Source: Opitutales bacterium
GTDB taxonomy: Bacteria; Verrucomicrobiota; Verrucomicrobiia; Opitutales; T3Sed10-336
Direction of reading: 5' to 3'
Assembly: GCA_022565335.1 (NCBI GenBank)
Contig: JAIUMY010000003.1
Location: 1,861 to 65,860, forward strand
Length of the DNA stretch: 64,000 bases
Shown: one piece after another, positions 34,670 through 44,801 of the stretch
How positions within the stretch are numbered: position 1 is the stretch's first letter
Layout of the letters: each line of letters begins with the position of its first letter
The notes under the pieces: generated by a model
The model's database searches: none
Seen by the model: only the letters and a program-made list of their open reading frames with translations
Told to the model about the DNA's origin: nothing
Translations under genes and position numbers: made by a program

Positions 34670-36166
34670 ATGAAAACAATCACCATTGGTTTCCTCTCTC
34701 TTCTGCTGGGGTCCGCCTTGGCAGTGTTTTTTCAATCCGGGAAAGACCTTTCCTTCCTCCAAAACGCCTCCTCCGGGGCCAACGAGGTGCGAATACTGGC
34801 ACAGGACCAGCCGCCGGAACGCCGGAGCCCGGAAATTCCCAGCTTCGCGCCCATGATTCGGGAAGTAAACCCGAGCGTGGTCAATATCTATACGACCCGA
34901 CGGGTGGAAACCCGCGGCGGACGTTCCCCCTTCGATGACCCTTTCTTCCGCCGGTTTTTTGGCGAGGAATTTTTCCCTGAACAAAGACGTCAGCAACCCC
35001 GTTATCGGGAGCAACAGGGTTTGGGTTCAGGTGTCATCGTCTCTTCCGACGGGTTCATCCTCACCAACCATCATGTCATCGCCCAAGCTGATGAGATTCG
35101 GGTAAAACGGGAAGACGGCGAAGAGGAATATGTCGCCGAGGTGATCGGTTCCGACGAGGGAACCGACCTCGCCGTATTAAAAATCGACGCCACCGACCTG
35201 CCGGCTCTCACTTTTGCCAACAGTGACCACCTGGAAGTGGGGGACCTGGTTTTCGCCGTCGGCAATCCCTTCGGCCTGGGGCATACCGTGACCATGGGAA
35301 TCGTGAGCGCCCTGGGACGCGACGATATGCGCATTGTGGACTACGAAAACTTTATCCAGACCGATGCCTCCATCAACCCCGGTAATTCCGGTGGTGCCCT
35401 GGTTAACGGATTGGGCGAATTGGTCGGCATCAATACCGCCATCCTCAGCCGAACCGGCGGAAATCTGGGCATTGGCTTTGCCGTCCCTGCCAATTTGGCC
35501 CGCAATGTCATGCAAAGCTTAATTGAACACGGTGAAGTGGTTCGCGGCTTCCTTGGGGTGACACTACAGGAAATTACCCCGGAGTTGGCCGAGGCCATGG
35601 ACCTGCCGGGAACGCGGGGCGTTTTGGTAACCGATGTTGTTCCGGACAGTCCCGCCGATCAAGCCGGACTCCAACAAGGCGACGTCATTCAACAATTTGA
35701 CGGCAAGCGCATGGAATCTCCACGACAGCTGAGGCTGGCCGTAGGCTCTTCCTTGCCGGACACCGAAAAGTCATTGGAATTGCTACGTGATGGCGAAACG
35801 ATTTCCCTAACGGTGACCCTGGGCACTCTTCCCGAAGGAGAAGGTCCACTGGCGCGTTTGGATGACCAGCCAAACGGTGCCCTCACGGGTATCAGGGTTA
35901 AAGATTTGGACGAGGAAAGCCGGGCCGAATTCCGCATTCCCGAACAAATTCAAGGAGCTCTGATTACCGAGGTTGAGCCCGATTCCCGCGCGTTTGAAGC
36001 GGGCCTGCGCCCCGGTATGGTCATTCGGGAAATCAACCGGCATCGAATCAACAGTGCCCGCGAAGCCCGCGAAATCGGACGGGAATTGGAGCCCACCGAC
36101 CGGGTTCTGCTTCTCATTTTCACCGGACGCGGCAACCAATACCTCGTTCTGCCCGGTGACTCGTGA
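34670..36166 (+). CDS. Periplasmic serine endoprotease DegP/HtrA family (trypsin domain + 2 PDZ)
   Basis: A signal peptide is present. The catalytic triad contexts are TNHHVI (His), DLAVLKI (Asp) and GNSGGALV (Ser). Two PDZ-like segments are visible (GVLVTDVVPDSPADQAGLQQGDVI and GALITEVEPDSRAFEAGLRPGMVI). Confidence 0.9.
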   Translation: MKTITIGFLSLLLGSALAVFFQSGKDLSFLQNASSGANEVRILAQDQPPERRSPEIPSFAPMIREVNPSVVNIYTTRRVETRGGRSPFDDPFFRRFFGEEFFPEQRRQQPRYREQQGLGSGVIVSSDGFILTNHHVIAQADEIRVKREDGEEEYVAEVIGSDEGTDLAVLKIDATDLPALTFANSDHLEVGDLVFAVGNPFGLGHTVTMGIVSALGRDDMRIVDYENFIQTDASINPGNSGGALVNGLGELVGINTAILSRTGGNLGIGFAVPANLARNVMQSLIEHGEVVRGFLGVTLQEITPELAEAMDLPGTRGVLVTDVVPDSPADQAGLQQGDVIQQFDGKRMESPRQLRLAVGSSLPDTEKSLELLRDGETISLTVTLGTLPEGEGPLARLDDQPNGALTGIRVKDLDEESRAEFRIPEQIQGALITEVEPDSRAFEAGLRPGMVIREINRHRINSAREAREIGRELEPTDRVLLLIFTGRGNQYLVLPGDS

Positions 36167-36628
36167 GGCTTGGCCTTATGGATTTTCATCAAATTACCTT
36201 CCAGATGAACACCGAGAGAAGCCAACCATAGCTCTTTAAGTGGAGAAAGCGGCAAGCCTCTTGCCACTTTCTCCAGCCGCAGCCTGCGGCGGCGTTATCA
36301 GCCCTGGGGTTCGGTCCCGTTTTGACCGGACCTTCACCACCGACGGCGCTCCACAAGTGGAGGCCCTACAATCACCCTCCAAATCAATTCGGCCGAAACT
36401 TCCTGTAGGGCTCGCGCTTGCGCGATGCCGTCGCGGAGGGGATCATCGAAACGTACAGATGAGGAACGCCTTTCCCGACCACCAACGCCAACTTTCGGCC
36501 GACAGGCCGCGACCTCAGTCCAAGGACGGCTCCGCCGTCGAATGGAAAACGGATTTCCCCTCAATCGGATCCAATTCTTCAACTGCGGCGTTTAGGTCCA
36601 TGACTTGCGGAACAAGAGCCTCCTCATC

Positions 36629-36663
36629 AAGGTCCGACTTAACAGAGTCGGACCTTTCTTATT
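36629..36663 (+). terminator. Rho-independent terminator (plus strand)
   Basis: The stem aaGGTCCGACT / AGTCGGACCtt is 9 bp, extendable to 11 bp, pairing 36631-36639 with 36646-36654. The loop is taacag, followed by TCTTATT. The reverse strand has no U-tract, so the element is plus-strand specific. Confidence 0.7.
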
Positions 36664-36726
36664 GAATGAAATTCTAAGCGAAATTTCCCTCGCAAAACCG
36701 TTTTCTCACCCTGTAGTATTTTTCTC

Positions 36727-39666
36727 ATGAACATTACCCCTTGTTTTCGCCTGGCCTCCCTGGCCATTTTTGGTTGCAGCCTCTTCGCCCCCGCCCTCTC
36801 GGCCGACTGGACGATCCGCAACGGCTTTAACTTCGATGTGGAAAATGAGATTCTACGCATCACCACCGTTCCGGATAACCGCGTGGACCGTGTAAATGAC
36901 GGCACCCTCCTGCGCGATGGCCAAGCGGTTCCGCACCAGGTCCGTCGCTACTGGGACGAAAACCAACTCTGGTCGGTTGCCTCGGCACCCGCCGAGACTT
37001 CCTTGCAATACACCTTCCAAGGGGGCTCCTCCACAACGCAACTTCCCGAGGGGCTGTCCGCCTCGGCCATCTTTGAAGAAGAGGGCTTCCTCCATCTGAG
37101 CAATGCCTACTTCACTGTTCGCTTGCCCGCCAGTGCCTCCGGATCCACCCCTCCGGCTCCCATTCTGGGACTTCTGCCCCATCCGGACCTCACCGCTGAA
37201 CAACGGGCTGGCTTAACTCCCGATGCCTTGGAAAATTCCACCGGGCTGCAAGAGCTTCGCGGCGAGGCTACCAATTGGATCGGCCGCGGCGAATGGCAAA
37301 CCGAATTGCCCCTGGCCAAACTCGAAGTCGATATTACCAGCGAAGGCCCGCTCTTTCAGGAAGTCCTTCTTACCTACCTTTTTGAAGGCGATATCGGGAC
37401 TGATTACCAGCCCTTTGCCCAAATCCGGATTCGGATTTTCAGCGGCGGCGAACAACTGGAAATCGAGGAACGTTTCCACATGAAACGCAACGATGCCTGG
37501 ACCTTTGATCTCGCCCCCGGATGGTCTCCCGATGAAAGCCTCGTGCAGGTCCACGGCGGCGGAGCGGGACAACCGGCCAAGTCGAACATGCAGGAAATGA
37601 CCTTTACCCTACCCGGCAAACGCTGGCCGCATGAGGACGAAATCTGGAAAAAAGGGGACCGCCTGATCAGCCTTTTACCCCGCTGGACCCAGGCCTACGA
37701 TGATGGCTGGTTTTATGGCGCCTCCGACGGCCAAAAGGTTTTTGGCAGCCTCGTCGCCAAAGCGGGCAAATGGGTCTGGCCGCATGAGACTAAAATCAAT
37801 GTCCACCTCAATGAGCAAGGTAACCAAGCGCTTCTACGCCTGCCCACTCACCGCGGCTCCCGCTTCCATTATCTCCTCTACATGGCCAAGAGTGATGTCG
37901 AACCAGCCGAACGGGAAGACCGCCGTGGGCGGATGCGCAGAACCAACCAAATGGACGGCATTGTTCAAGGCTTGGCAATGAGGAATCTTGACCGTTTCAA
38001 CAATAAATTCATCACCGAATGGCCCGGCAACGATGACGGTCGTTTCTCCGCTTTCTTCTTTTACAGCCAGAACATCAACCCCACCGGCTTTTGGCGCCAA
38101 CAAGCCCGCCAGGACGCTAACCGGGTGGGAAGCAAAGGAAATCTCGGCACCCTTACCTGGGTGCAAAACATGTTTCATGCCGACGCCTTTGGATCGTATC
38201 TTAATATGTGGTCTCCGCTGAACCCAAACTTCAACACCGATTTTATTCAGCGACCCATCATGCAGGCCACCCGGCTCAAGGACCATCCGGATTTCGAAAC
38301 CTTTCGCAAACGTGCCGAAATTGAGCTCCGCAAGGACATGTATTATGCCATCACCCTCCCCGGGGGGGCCGGACAGGAATGCTTTGGCTATCTCAAACAT
38401 GCTTTGGGCATATACGAGAAATTAGCCGAGGTGACCCGCGAACATTTGGATTTCGACCCCACCGAGTGGCCTCGTTACCAAGCCGCCCGGGATTTTCTTT
38501 ATCGAACCTCCTATCCGAAAAATGGTCGTCGGCATATTCACCCCGGCGGCGACACCCACCCACGGGGTGACCGCGGAAGCCCTACCGTCGGTGATTACGG
38601 TTTGAGCGGGAACGCCCAAGAATTGGAATCCGAGGAATTCCCCGGCTTCGGGGTGGTCCTGCGCAACCACTCCGGAACCGACCGGGAAACCTATTTTGCC
38701 TTAAAGAGTGGCCCCAACCGTGGACACTTCCACGGCGATCAACTTTCTTTCCACTATGCCGCTCATGCCAATCCCCTCGCCGTGGACCACCACGTCAGTT
38801 TCAACCCAAGAGCTGGCCAGGAACATATGCACAACCGGGTTTCCTTTGGCACGGAGGAAATGCCCTGGGCCAATATGGACGGATACGAACGCACCATTGC
38901 CTTTGAAACCGATGAGAAGGTCGATATCGTCATGGGACAAGTGGAAAGCAACCGCCTCCGGGAAACGAAAAAAATGCCCCCCGAAAGATGGAACCAGGAA
39001 TATCCTCAAATCCGTTTCGATGACAATCCCCTCACCTACCGCCGCACCGTGGTCCAGGTCAAGGATGCCCCCTCCGGAAACGATTATTTTGTCATCTGGG
39101 ACCAATTCCACGGCCCCGAACTGAAGGCCACCTACAACCTACATGTCCTGGGCGACAAACTGGAGCGAAACGGCCAAACCCTGAACTTCAATAAACTTAC
39201 CACCTTCGTCGCCTATCCGGAGAATTTTTCTTTCGATACCCTTCCCTGGAGCCATGAGCGCGGCGGCGGCCAAACGACCCAAGGGGCCCGCCTTACCGTC
39301 GAAGGAGACCAAGGCGAGTTTATCACCGTTCTCTATCCGGACGAAAACCCACCCGCCATGGAATCGATGGCCAATGGCGTCAAAGTCGGCGATGACCAGA
39401 TCCTTTTCAACCGCCACCCCTCCAACGCCTCGGATGCCGTGGTGGTCGTTCAGCGGGGCAAAGAAACCATTGGGAGACTGGCCTACGGGGACATCGACTT
39501 AAATCGCTCCCAGGGAGAAATCGGCCTCTTCATCCCCGACGCAGGCTACCCCTTCGGCGAAATTCCAGACTGGCTGGCCGAACAACGCACCGGTATTCCG
39601 GAGTATGCCCGCGAAATCGCCACCCCCGCCGCCCTCCGCTGGGGCCAGGGCGCGATTACTCGTTAA
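36727..39666 (+). CDS. Secreted heparinase II/III-like (polysaccharide lyase-like) protein
   Basis: A signal peptide is present (LASLAIFGCSLFAPALSA). KSGPNRGHFHGDQLSFHY resembles the heparinase II/III family G-H-x-H-x-D-x-L-S-F motif. The protein is 979 aa. Confidence 0.5.
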   Translation: MNITPCFRLASLAIFGCSLFAPALSADWTIRNGFNFDVENEILRITTVPDNRVDRVNDGTLLRDGQAVPHQVRRYWDENQLWSVASAPAETSLQYTFQGGSSTTQLPEGLSASAIFEEEGFLHLSNAYFTVRLPASASGSTPPAPILGLLPHPDLTAEQRAGLTPDALENSTGLQELRGEATNWIGRGEWQTELPLAKLEVDITSEGPLFQEVLLTYLFEGDIGTDYQPFAQIRIRIFSGGEQLEIEERFHMKRNDAWTFDLAPGWSPDESLVQVHGGGAGQPAKSNMQEMTFTLPGKRWPHEDEIWKKGDRLISLLPRWTQAYDDGWFYGASDGQKVFGSLVAKAGKWVWPHETKINVHLNEQGNQALLRLPTHRGSRFHYLLYMAKSDVEPAEREDRRGRMRRTNQMDGIVQGLAMRNLDRFNNKFITEWPGNDDGRFSAFFFYSQNINPTGFWRQQARQDANRVGSKGNLGTLTWVQNMFHADAFGSYLNMWSPLNPNFNTDFIQRPIMQATRLKDHPDFETFRKRAEIELRKDMYYAITLPGGAGQECFGYLKHALGIYEKLAEVTREHLDFDPTEWPRYQAARDFLYRTSYPKNGRRHIHPGGDTHPRGDRGSPTVGDYGLSGNAQELESEEFPGFGVVLRNHSGTDRETYFALKSGPNRGHFHGDQLSFHYAAHANPLAVDHHVSFNPRAGQEHMHNRVSFGTEEMPWANMDGYERTIAFETDEKVDIVMGQVESNRLRETKKMPPERWNQEYPQIRFDDNPLTYRRTVVQVKDAPSGNDYFVIWDQFHGPELKATYNLHVLGDKLERNGQTLNFNKLTTFVAYPENFSFDTLPWSHERGGGQTTQGARLTVEGDQGEFITVLYPDENPPAMESMANGVKVGDDQILFNRHPSNASDAVVVVQRGKETIGRLAYGDIDLNRSQGEIGLFIPDAGYPFGEIPDWLAEQRTGIPEYAREIATPAALRWGQGAITR

Positions 39667-39770
39667 GGGAAAAATCTATCCGGCGAACGGCGTTCAAACA
39701 ATATGCGATCATTCATGAAGGAGATCTTATGGGCAGGAAATGGTTCTCTGTCCTTATAGCTCAGGTCCCC

Positions 39771-40964
39771 TCACAGCTTCGCGCAATAGGCTTTCATTCT
39801 TTGCAAGCCTTTTTCGATCACTTCATCGGAGGTGGCATAACTTAAACGCAAATACCCATCAGCTCCGAAGCCCTCTCCGGAAACCACGGCGACTTTCTCT
39901 TTTTCCAAAAGCTCCTCGGCAAATTGCGTCGAGGTCAGCCCCCAATCGGGATTAATTTTCGGGAAGAGATAAAAGGCTCCTTGCGCCAAGGTGCATTCCA
40001 CCCCTGGAATCTCTGTCAGCCCTTGGAAAAGCATCTTCCGCCGACGATCAAAAACCCCCAGCATCTCCTGAATGGCAGTCCGGGCCGCATCGGAATTTTG
40101 CAGAGCCACCAAGGCTCCATATTGCGCAAAAGTCGTCGCATTAGAGGAGGTCTGACTCTGCAAGCTACTCACCGCTTTGGCAACCTCGTCCGGAGCCACC
40201 ATCGTACCCAGACGCCAACCCGTCATCGAAAAGGTTTTGCTGAAGCCGGCAACGGTAATGGTCGATTCCGCCGCATCCGGTCCAAAGGAGGCAATGCTGT
40301 GATGGGTCACATCATCATACAATAGGTACTCGTAAATTTCATCCGCCAAAATCCAAACCCCATGGCTTAGGCAGACTTCAAACAAGGCTTCCAATTCCTT
40401 CCGCGTATAGACCGCACCCGTCGGATTTGAGGGGCTATTTAGGATGACCATTCGGGTTTTGGGTGTCAAAACCTCGCGCAATTGCTCCGGGGTGATTTTA
40501 AATCCCTGTTCGATTCCCGCCATAACATAAACGGGCGTTCCCCCTGCCAATTTGATCATTTCCGGATAACTGACCCAATAGGGCGCAGGCACCACCACTT
40601 CATCCCCGGGGCTGCAAGTCGCCCGGATGGCCAAATAACAGGAGAACTTACCCCCCGGACTAACCACCACATTTTTCGGTTCAGCCCGCGTGATCCCGTT
40701 TTCGTTACGGTATTTCTCCGCCAGAGCCCAGCGCAGATCAGGGATCCCGGCGGCCGGGGCATATTTCGTCTTTCCGTCCTGCAAAGCTTTAATTGCCGCT
40801 TCTTTGATAAATTCAGGGGTATCAAAATCGGGTTCACCAGCCCCAAAACCACACACATCCTCACCTGCGGCCTTTAACGCTTTGGCTTTGGCGTCAACCG
40901 CGAGGGTCGGCGAAGGAGAAATATTACGAGCCCAGACAGAGAGAGGAAGCTTGCTGTTTTGCAT
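39771..40964 (-). CDS. Class I pyridoxal-phosphate-dependent aminotransferase (aspartate aminotransferase-like)
   Basis: GEPDFDTP, the NSPSNPTG motif, the PLP-lysine context [14 protein letters not shown] and the C-terminal RLSYA are all present. Confidence 0.85.
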   Translation of the reverse strand: MQNSKLPLSVWARNISPSPTLAVDAKAKALKAAGEDVCGFGAGEPDFDTPEFIKEAAIKALQDGKTKYAPAAGIPDLRWALAEKYRNENGITRAEPKNVVVSPGGKFSCYLAIRATCSPGDEVVVPAPYWVSYPEMIKLAGGTPVYVMAGIEQGFKITPEQLREVLTPKTRMVILNSPSNPTGAVYTRKELEALFEVCLSHGVWILADEIYEYLLYDDVTHHSIASFGPDAAESTITVAGFSKTFSMTGWRLGTMVAPDEVAKAVSSLQSQTSSNATTFAQYGALVALQNSDAARTAIQEMLGVFDRRRKMLFQGLTEIPGVECTLAQGAFYLFPKINPDWGLTSTQFAEELLEKEKVAVVSGEGFGADGYLRLSYATSDEVIEKGLQRMKAYCAKL

Positions 40965-41058
40965 TAGATCTAAAGGAAGGCGGACGCAGCGGATTTGTCA
41001 AAACATCTCAGCCTGCGATAATGAGTTTTTTCGGTCGACCGGACAAATGAATTGAAAA

Positions 41059-41586
41059 TCATGGTTTTTGCGAAACCTTTCGCACCAACCCCCGCGAAAG
41101 GCACCAGGCCGCCATTGAGGAAAGCATCAACAAAAATGCCGTTACCAGATCAGGGCGCCCAATGGCCCAACCAGAACCAGTCCCCAGGAAGGCCACGATC
41201 AGAAGAAACGCCAGAAACCACGTACTTCGTCGTTGCCCATTTTCCTGATTCAACCACCACAAGAAACCCAATAAGGTGAGACCGGCTAATTGCGATACCC
41301 AAAAGCTCCAGTGATTCTCCAAAAGTTTTCCCTCCACGCGAAAGGCCAGACTCAAAAGTAAGAAAAAAGCCTGATTGAAGAAAAGGAATCCCGCCACCAG
41401 AAGATGCCCCACAAACTTTCTTTGCTTTGCATTCAGTCCTTCTCCTTCGCCGCTAACCGATGCTGCCATGGCACAACCCAAGCAACAAAAGACCGGCTCG
41501 TTTTTGCGGCGGACTACCCCCCGCAGCGGCAAACCACAATAGCTGCAAGGCATGTTTTCCGGGGTTGATGGGGTTTGGTCTTCCAT
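41059..41586 (-). CDS. Small membrane protein with N-terminal Cys-rich zinc-ribbon-like motif and 4 TM helices
   Basis: The N-terminus contains CSYCGLP...VFCCLGCAMA, a CxxC..CCxxC pattern like the metal-binding N-terminal domain seen on some cation-transport ATPases. Four hydrophobic helices follow. Confidence 0.45.
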   Translation of the reverse strand: MEDQTPSTPENMPCSYCGLPLRGVVRRKNEPVFCCLGCAMAASVSGEGEGLNAKQRKFVGHLLVAGFLFFNQAFFLLLSLAFRVEGKLLENHWSFWVSQLAGLTLLGFLWWLNQENGQRRSTWFLAFLLIVAFLGTGSGWAIGRPDLVTAFLLMLSSMAAWCLSRGLVRKVSQKP

Positions 41587-41683
41587 AAATTCGGGCTTAC
41601 TTTGTTCTCGTCGCGGAAATTGCCCAACACTGCGTTAGCTTTAAATCTCTACTTTAAATTGGGTTGTCGGTTGGAATTCGGGT

Positions 41684-42619
41684 TCATTGACCAAAACGTC
41701 GCACTGCTTCCTCGCGGTCACGGCGAATTTGCGCAGACAACTCATCCAAGGAGTCAAAACGCTGCTCCGGCCGGAGACCGAAAACCCATTCTACTTCAAG
41801 TTTCATCCCTTCCCTCCAGGGAGATTCCGCAGACAGAAGATGAACCTCCAGTTGCGGCTTTGTGGCCCAGCTTTCTACCGTTGGCCGCAGTCCAAGATTC
41901 GCGACACCCTTGACCCATTCGGGCCGGTCAAGCGAACGCACCCGCACTCCGTACACCCCGAGGGCGGGGACCAAATCATATGTCCAGGGCAAGTTCAGGG
42001 TGGGAAAACCAATCTTTCGGCCCAGTCTTCGTCCCGATACCACCATGCCTTTAAAACAATAAGGCCAACCCAGCAAATGGTTCGCCTCCTCGATTTCTCC
42101 TTTTTCCAGATACGCACGAATTCGACTACTGCTTACCGGAGCCTCCCCATAAGAAACTCTCTCCATCGCTTCCACCGCGAAACCGGCGGCCGGGCCATCC
42201 TGACGCAGACTTTGCGCATTACCTCTCCGACCCTTCCCATAATGCCAGTTAGCCCCGACAAAAACCTTCTCCAAAGTTGGATAGCGCCTCTTTAACCAGA
42301 AGGGAAATTCGGAAGCTTCAATAGAAGCCAAACCGGATTCGAATGGTAGCTCGAAAACCTCTTGCACCCCAAGAGCTTTAAGAAGGTCAGTCCTACGTTC
42401 GGCCGGATAAATCATGCGGGTGGGCCGCGGGGATTGAAAAAACACACTGGGATGCGGCCAAAAGGTCAAGACACCTGCCTTGCCACCATGGCAACGGGCT
42501 TCCGCAATGGCCGATTTAATCAAGCTTTGGTGGCCAATATGAACCCCATCAAACATCCCAATCGCCAAGAACAACGGGGATTGATCAACTTTTTCGGTTG
42601 CTGCGTGGGAAGGAATCAT
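41684..42619 (-). CDS. ribF: Bifunctional riboflavin kinase / FMN adenylyltransferase
   Basis: AIGMFDGVHIGHQ (FAD synthetase), the GxxxGRxIGFPTLN riboflavin kinase motif (GRRLGRKIGFPTLNL) and the C-terminal LRPEQRFDSLDELSAQIRRD are present. Confidence 0.9.
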   Translation of the reverse strand: MIPSHAATEKVDQSPLFLAIGMFDGVHIGHQSLIKSAIAEARCHGGKAGVLTFWPHPSVFFQSPRPTRMIYPAERRTDLLKALGVQEVFELPFESGLASIEASEFPFWLKRRYPTLEKVFVGANWHYGKGRRGNAQSLRQDGPAAGFAVEAMERVSYGEAPVSSSRIRAYLEKGEIEEANHLLGWPYCFKGMVVSGRRLGRKIGFPTLNLPWTYDLVPALGVYGVRVRSLDRPEWVKGVANLGLRPTVESWATKPQLEVHLLSAESPWREGMKLEVEWVFGLRPEQRFDSLDELSAQIRRDREEAVRRFGQ

Positions 42620-42642
42620 CAGAGACCGGTATAGTGCAGGTT

Positions 42643-43368
42643 TCAGGTTTTCGCAGCCAATGGCAAAAATTGGGAAACGGGTCGCAAGCGGGCCAACAAC
42701 TCAAGCCGGGGCAATGCTTCCAGCTCTGCCAGAGGCATCGAATCCTCGACCCGGAGTTCATCGATTGCGGTCCGCCGCAAAGCCGATAAATGAGCACCAC
42801 AGCCCACTTTCTCCCCGAGATCATGCGCTAGCGTGCGAACGTAGGTCCCTTTTGAGCACCGCACCCTGAAATCCATCACCGGCGGGTTCCAGGCTAACAG
42901 CTTGAAAGAGGAAATATGAATAAACCGGGGTTCCCGTTTCACTTCCTGGCCCTTTCTGGCCATCTTATACAGCGGAACGCCGTCGATTTTTATGGCCGAA
43001 TGCATCGGGGGCATTTGATATTGATCCCCTTTGAAGGCCCGCAGATGGCTTTGCAACTCATCCTCCGAAAGTTCCGGCACCGGACTGCTGGCCAGGACTT
43101 CTCCCTCGGCGTCTTGGGTATTGGTCACTTGTCCAAAGGTTACCGAACCTTCGTATTCCTTATTTAAACTGATCAAGTACTGCGACGCCTTCGTAGCTTT
43201 GCCAATGAGACAAAGTAATAGACCGGTTGCCATGGGATCGAGCGTTCCCGCATGCCCGATACGCTTCATTTGAAACTTCTTGCGGAGTTTGGCAATTACA
43301 TCGTGGGAAGTAAAATCAGTCGGTTTATCAACCAGCAAAAGGCCTTCTGGGTTAGTCGGATCCATCAT
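42643..43368 (-). CDS. truB: tRNA pseudouridine(55) synthase
   Basis: GLLLVDKPTDFTSHDVI, the HAGTLDPMATGLL catalytic Asp motif and SKGTYVRTLAHDLG are present. Confidence 0.9.
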   Translation of the reverse strand: MMDPTNPEGLLLVDKPTDFTSHDVIAKLRKKFQMKRIGHAGTLDPMATGLLLCLIGKATKASQYLISLNKEYEGSVTFGQVTNTQDAEGEVLASSPVPELSEDELQSHLRAFKGDQYQMPPMHSAIKIDGVPLYKMARKGQEVKREPRFIHISSFKLLAWNPPVMDFRVRCSKGTYVRTLAHDLGEKVGCGAHLSALRRTAIDELRVEDSMPLAELEALPRLELLARLRPVSQFLPLAAKT

Positions 43369-43409
43369 AATAATTAGCTCGGTTTAGTGGTCCCCAAGGG
43401 GCCGGATTT

Positions 43410-44408
43410 TCAGGTTTCACCCCTCCCTTTACTCGCTTCAAGTAGTCTTTCGGCCGCTTGCAAAAATTGCGGAAAAAACTCCCTGAAAGAACCTTTCCAG
43501 GTCAGTCCGGCAGCACAGGCATGACCGCCTCCGCCAAATTGTCCAGCTAGTAAATCCACCCGATAGGTTTCATCACCACTGCGCAGGCTTCCTTTTACCT
43601 CCCCGTCATGAATTTCAAAATAAGCTGCCACCTGCACCCCATCCAAAGAACGGCCATAACTGACAAAACCCTCCGTTTCCTCATACGTTGCCCCGGTTTC
43701 ACTAAAATCCTTCTCCTTCAACCAAGTGTAACACAGAAGTCCCCCGGCCACCACTTCCATTCGGTCCAGAACTCGCTGCAAAAGTTTCATCCGGGCGAGA
43801 CTTTCCCTTTCGTAGATCAATTGCGCAATCTTTGACGGAGAAGCGCCCATCCGAATCAAATACGCCGAAAGTTGCAAAACCTGCCCCGTCGTCGAAGGAT
43901 ATGTGAAGTTACCGGTGTCCGTGACAATTCCCGCCCAAAGGGCCTGGGCCGTCAGTTCATCCACGGGGAAGCCACAATCTATAAATAACCCGGCCAATAT
44001 TTCACAAGTTGCCGCGGATTTAGCCTCCACCAAGTCAAAAGTCGCAAAACCCTCGTTACTACGGTGATGATCAATATTCCCCAGGATCCCGGGAAGGTTT
44101 TTTGCCATTTCCGGGCCAACCCGGGCCGCATCCGAACAATCCACCAAGATGACCTTTTCTCCGGAAAATTCCCACGGCGCCCCATGGTAAAAAGGAACGC
44201 CTTCGGCGATGAAGTTCACCCGTTTCGGTATGGTACTTTCATTTACCGCGAAAGCATCGATATTAAGCGCCTGCAAAATCCGCACCAACGCTACCTGCGC
44301 ACCAATGCAATCGCCATCCGGACGACGGTGCCCCACTACCGCTACCTTCTGCCCACGGCACTGCAAAAGGAGTTCTTTAAAGGCAGAATGAAGACCGGGA
44401 AAGTACAT
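43410..44408 (-). CDS. nrnA: DHH/DHHA1 phosphoesterase (NrnA-like oligoribonuclease/pAp phosphatase)
   Basis: The motifs GHRRPDGDCIGA, DCSD, NIDHHRSN and the DHHA1 GGGHACAAG are present. It sits between rbfA and truB. Confidence 0.75.
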   Translation of the reverse strand: MYFPGLHSAFKELLLQCRGQKVAVVGHRRPDGDCIGAQVALVRILQALNIDAFAVNESTIPKRVNFIAEGVPFYHGAPWEFSGEKVILVDCSDAARVGPEMAKNLPGILGNIDHHRSNEGFATFDLVEAKSAATCEILAGLFIDCGFPVDELTAQALWAGIVTDTGNFTYPSTTGQVLQLSAYLIRMGASPSKIAQLIYERESLARMKLLQRVLDRMEVVAGGLLCYTWLKEKDFSETGATYEETEGFVSYGRSLDGVQVAAYFEIHDGEVKGSLRSGDETYRVDLLAGQFGGGGHACAAGLTWKGSFREFFPQFLQAAERLLEASKGRGET

Positions 44409-44420
44409 AATCCGCTTCGC

Positions 44421-44789
44421 TTAATCCTTCTCTCCCCGCTCCCCGGCTTCGTCCTGAATCTCCAACTCATCCATTAAGGCCAGAAGAGAGCTTCCTTGCG
44501 CCAGTCCACGATCCTCCCGAAAATGCAATTCCGGAAGGTACTTTAGCACGATTCTTCGTCCCACCTGCTGACGGAGATCTGACCGTATTCTGGTCAGTAA
44601 GGAACGTGCTTTTCGTTTCTTCTCGTCATCCCCGATCACCGAATAAAAAACCTGCGCCTGCCGCAAATCCGGAGCGGTGTTTACCGAAGTTATGGTAATG
44701 GCCACCGATTCAGCCTGGTACCGGGTATGGAGAACTTCACTGATTTCCCGATGAAGAAGCTCGTTAACTCTGACCGTTCGTTTGGGCAT
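44421..44789 (-). CDS. rbfA: Ribosome-binding factor A
   Basis: RVNELLHREISEVL, the sequence ITSVNTAPDLRQAQVFYSV and PELHFREDR are present. It lies immediately downstream of infB. Confidence 0.9.
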   Translation of the reverse strand: MPKRTVRVNELLHREISEVLHTRYQAESVAITITSVNTAPDLRQAQVFYSVIGDDEKKRKARSLLTRIRSDLRQQVGRRIVLKYLPELHFREDRGLAQGSSLLALMDELEIQDEAGERGEKD

Positions 44790-44801
44790 TCGTTATTTTT
44801 C

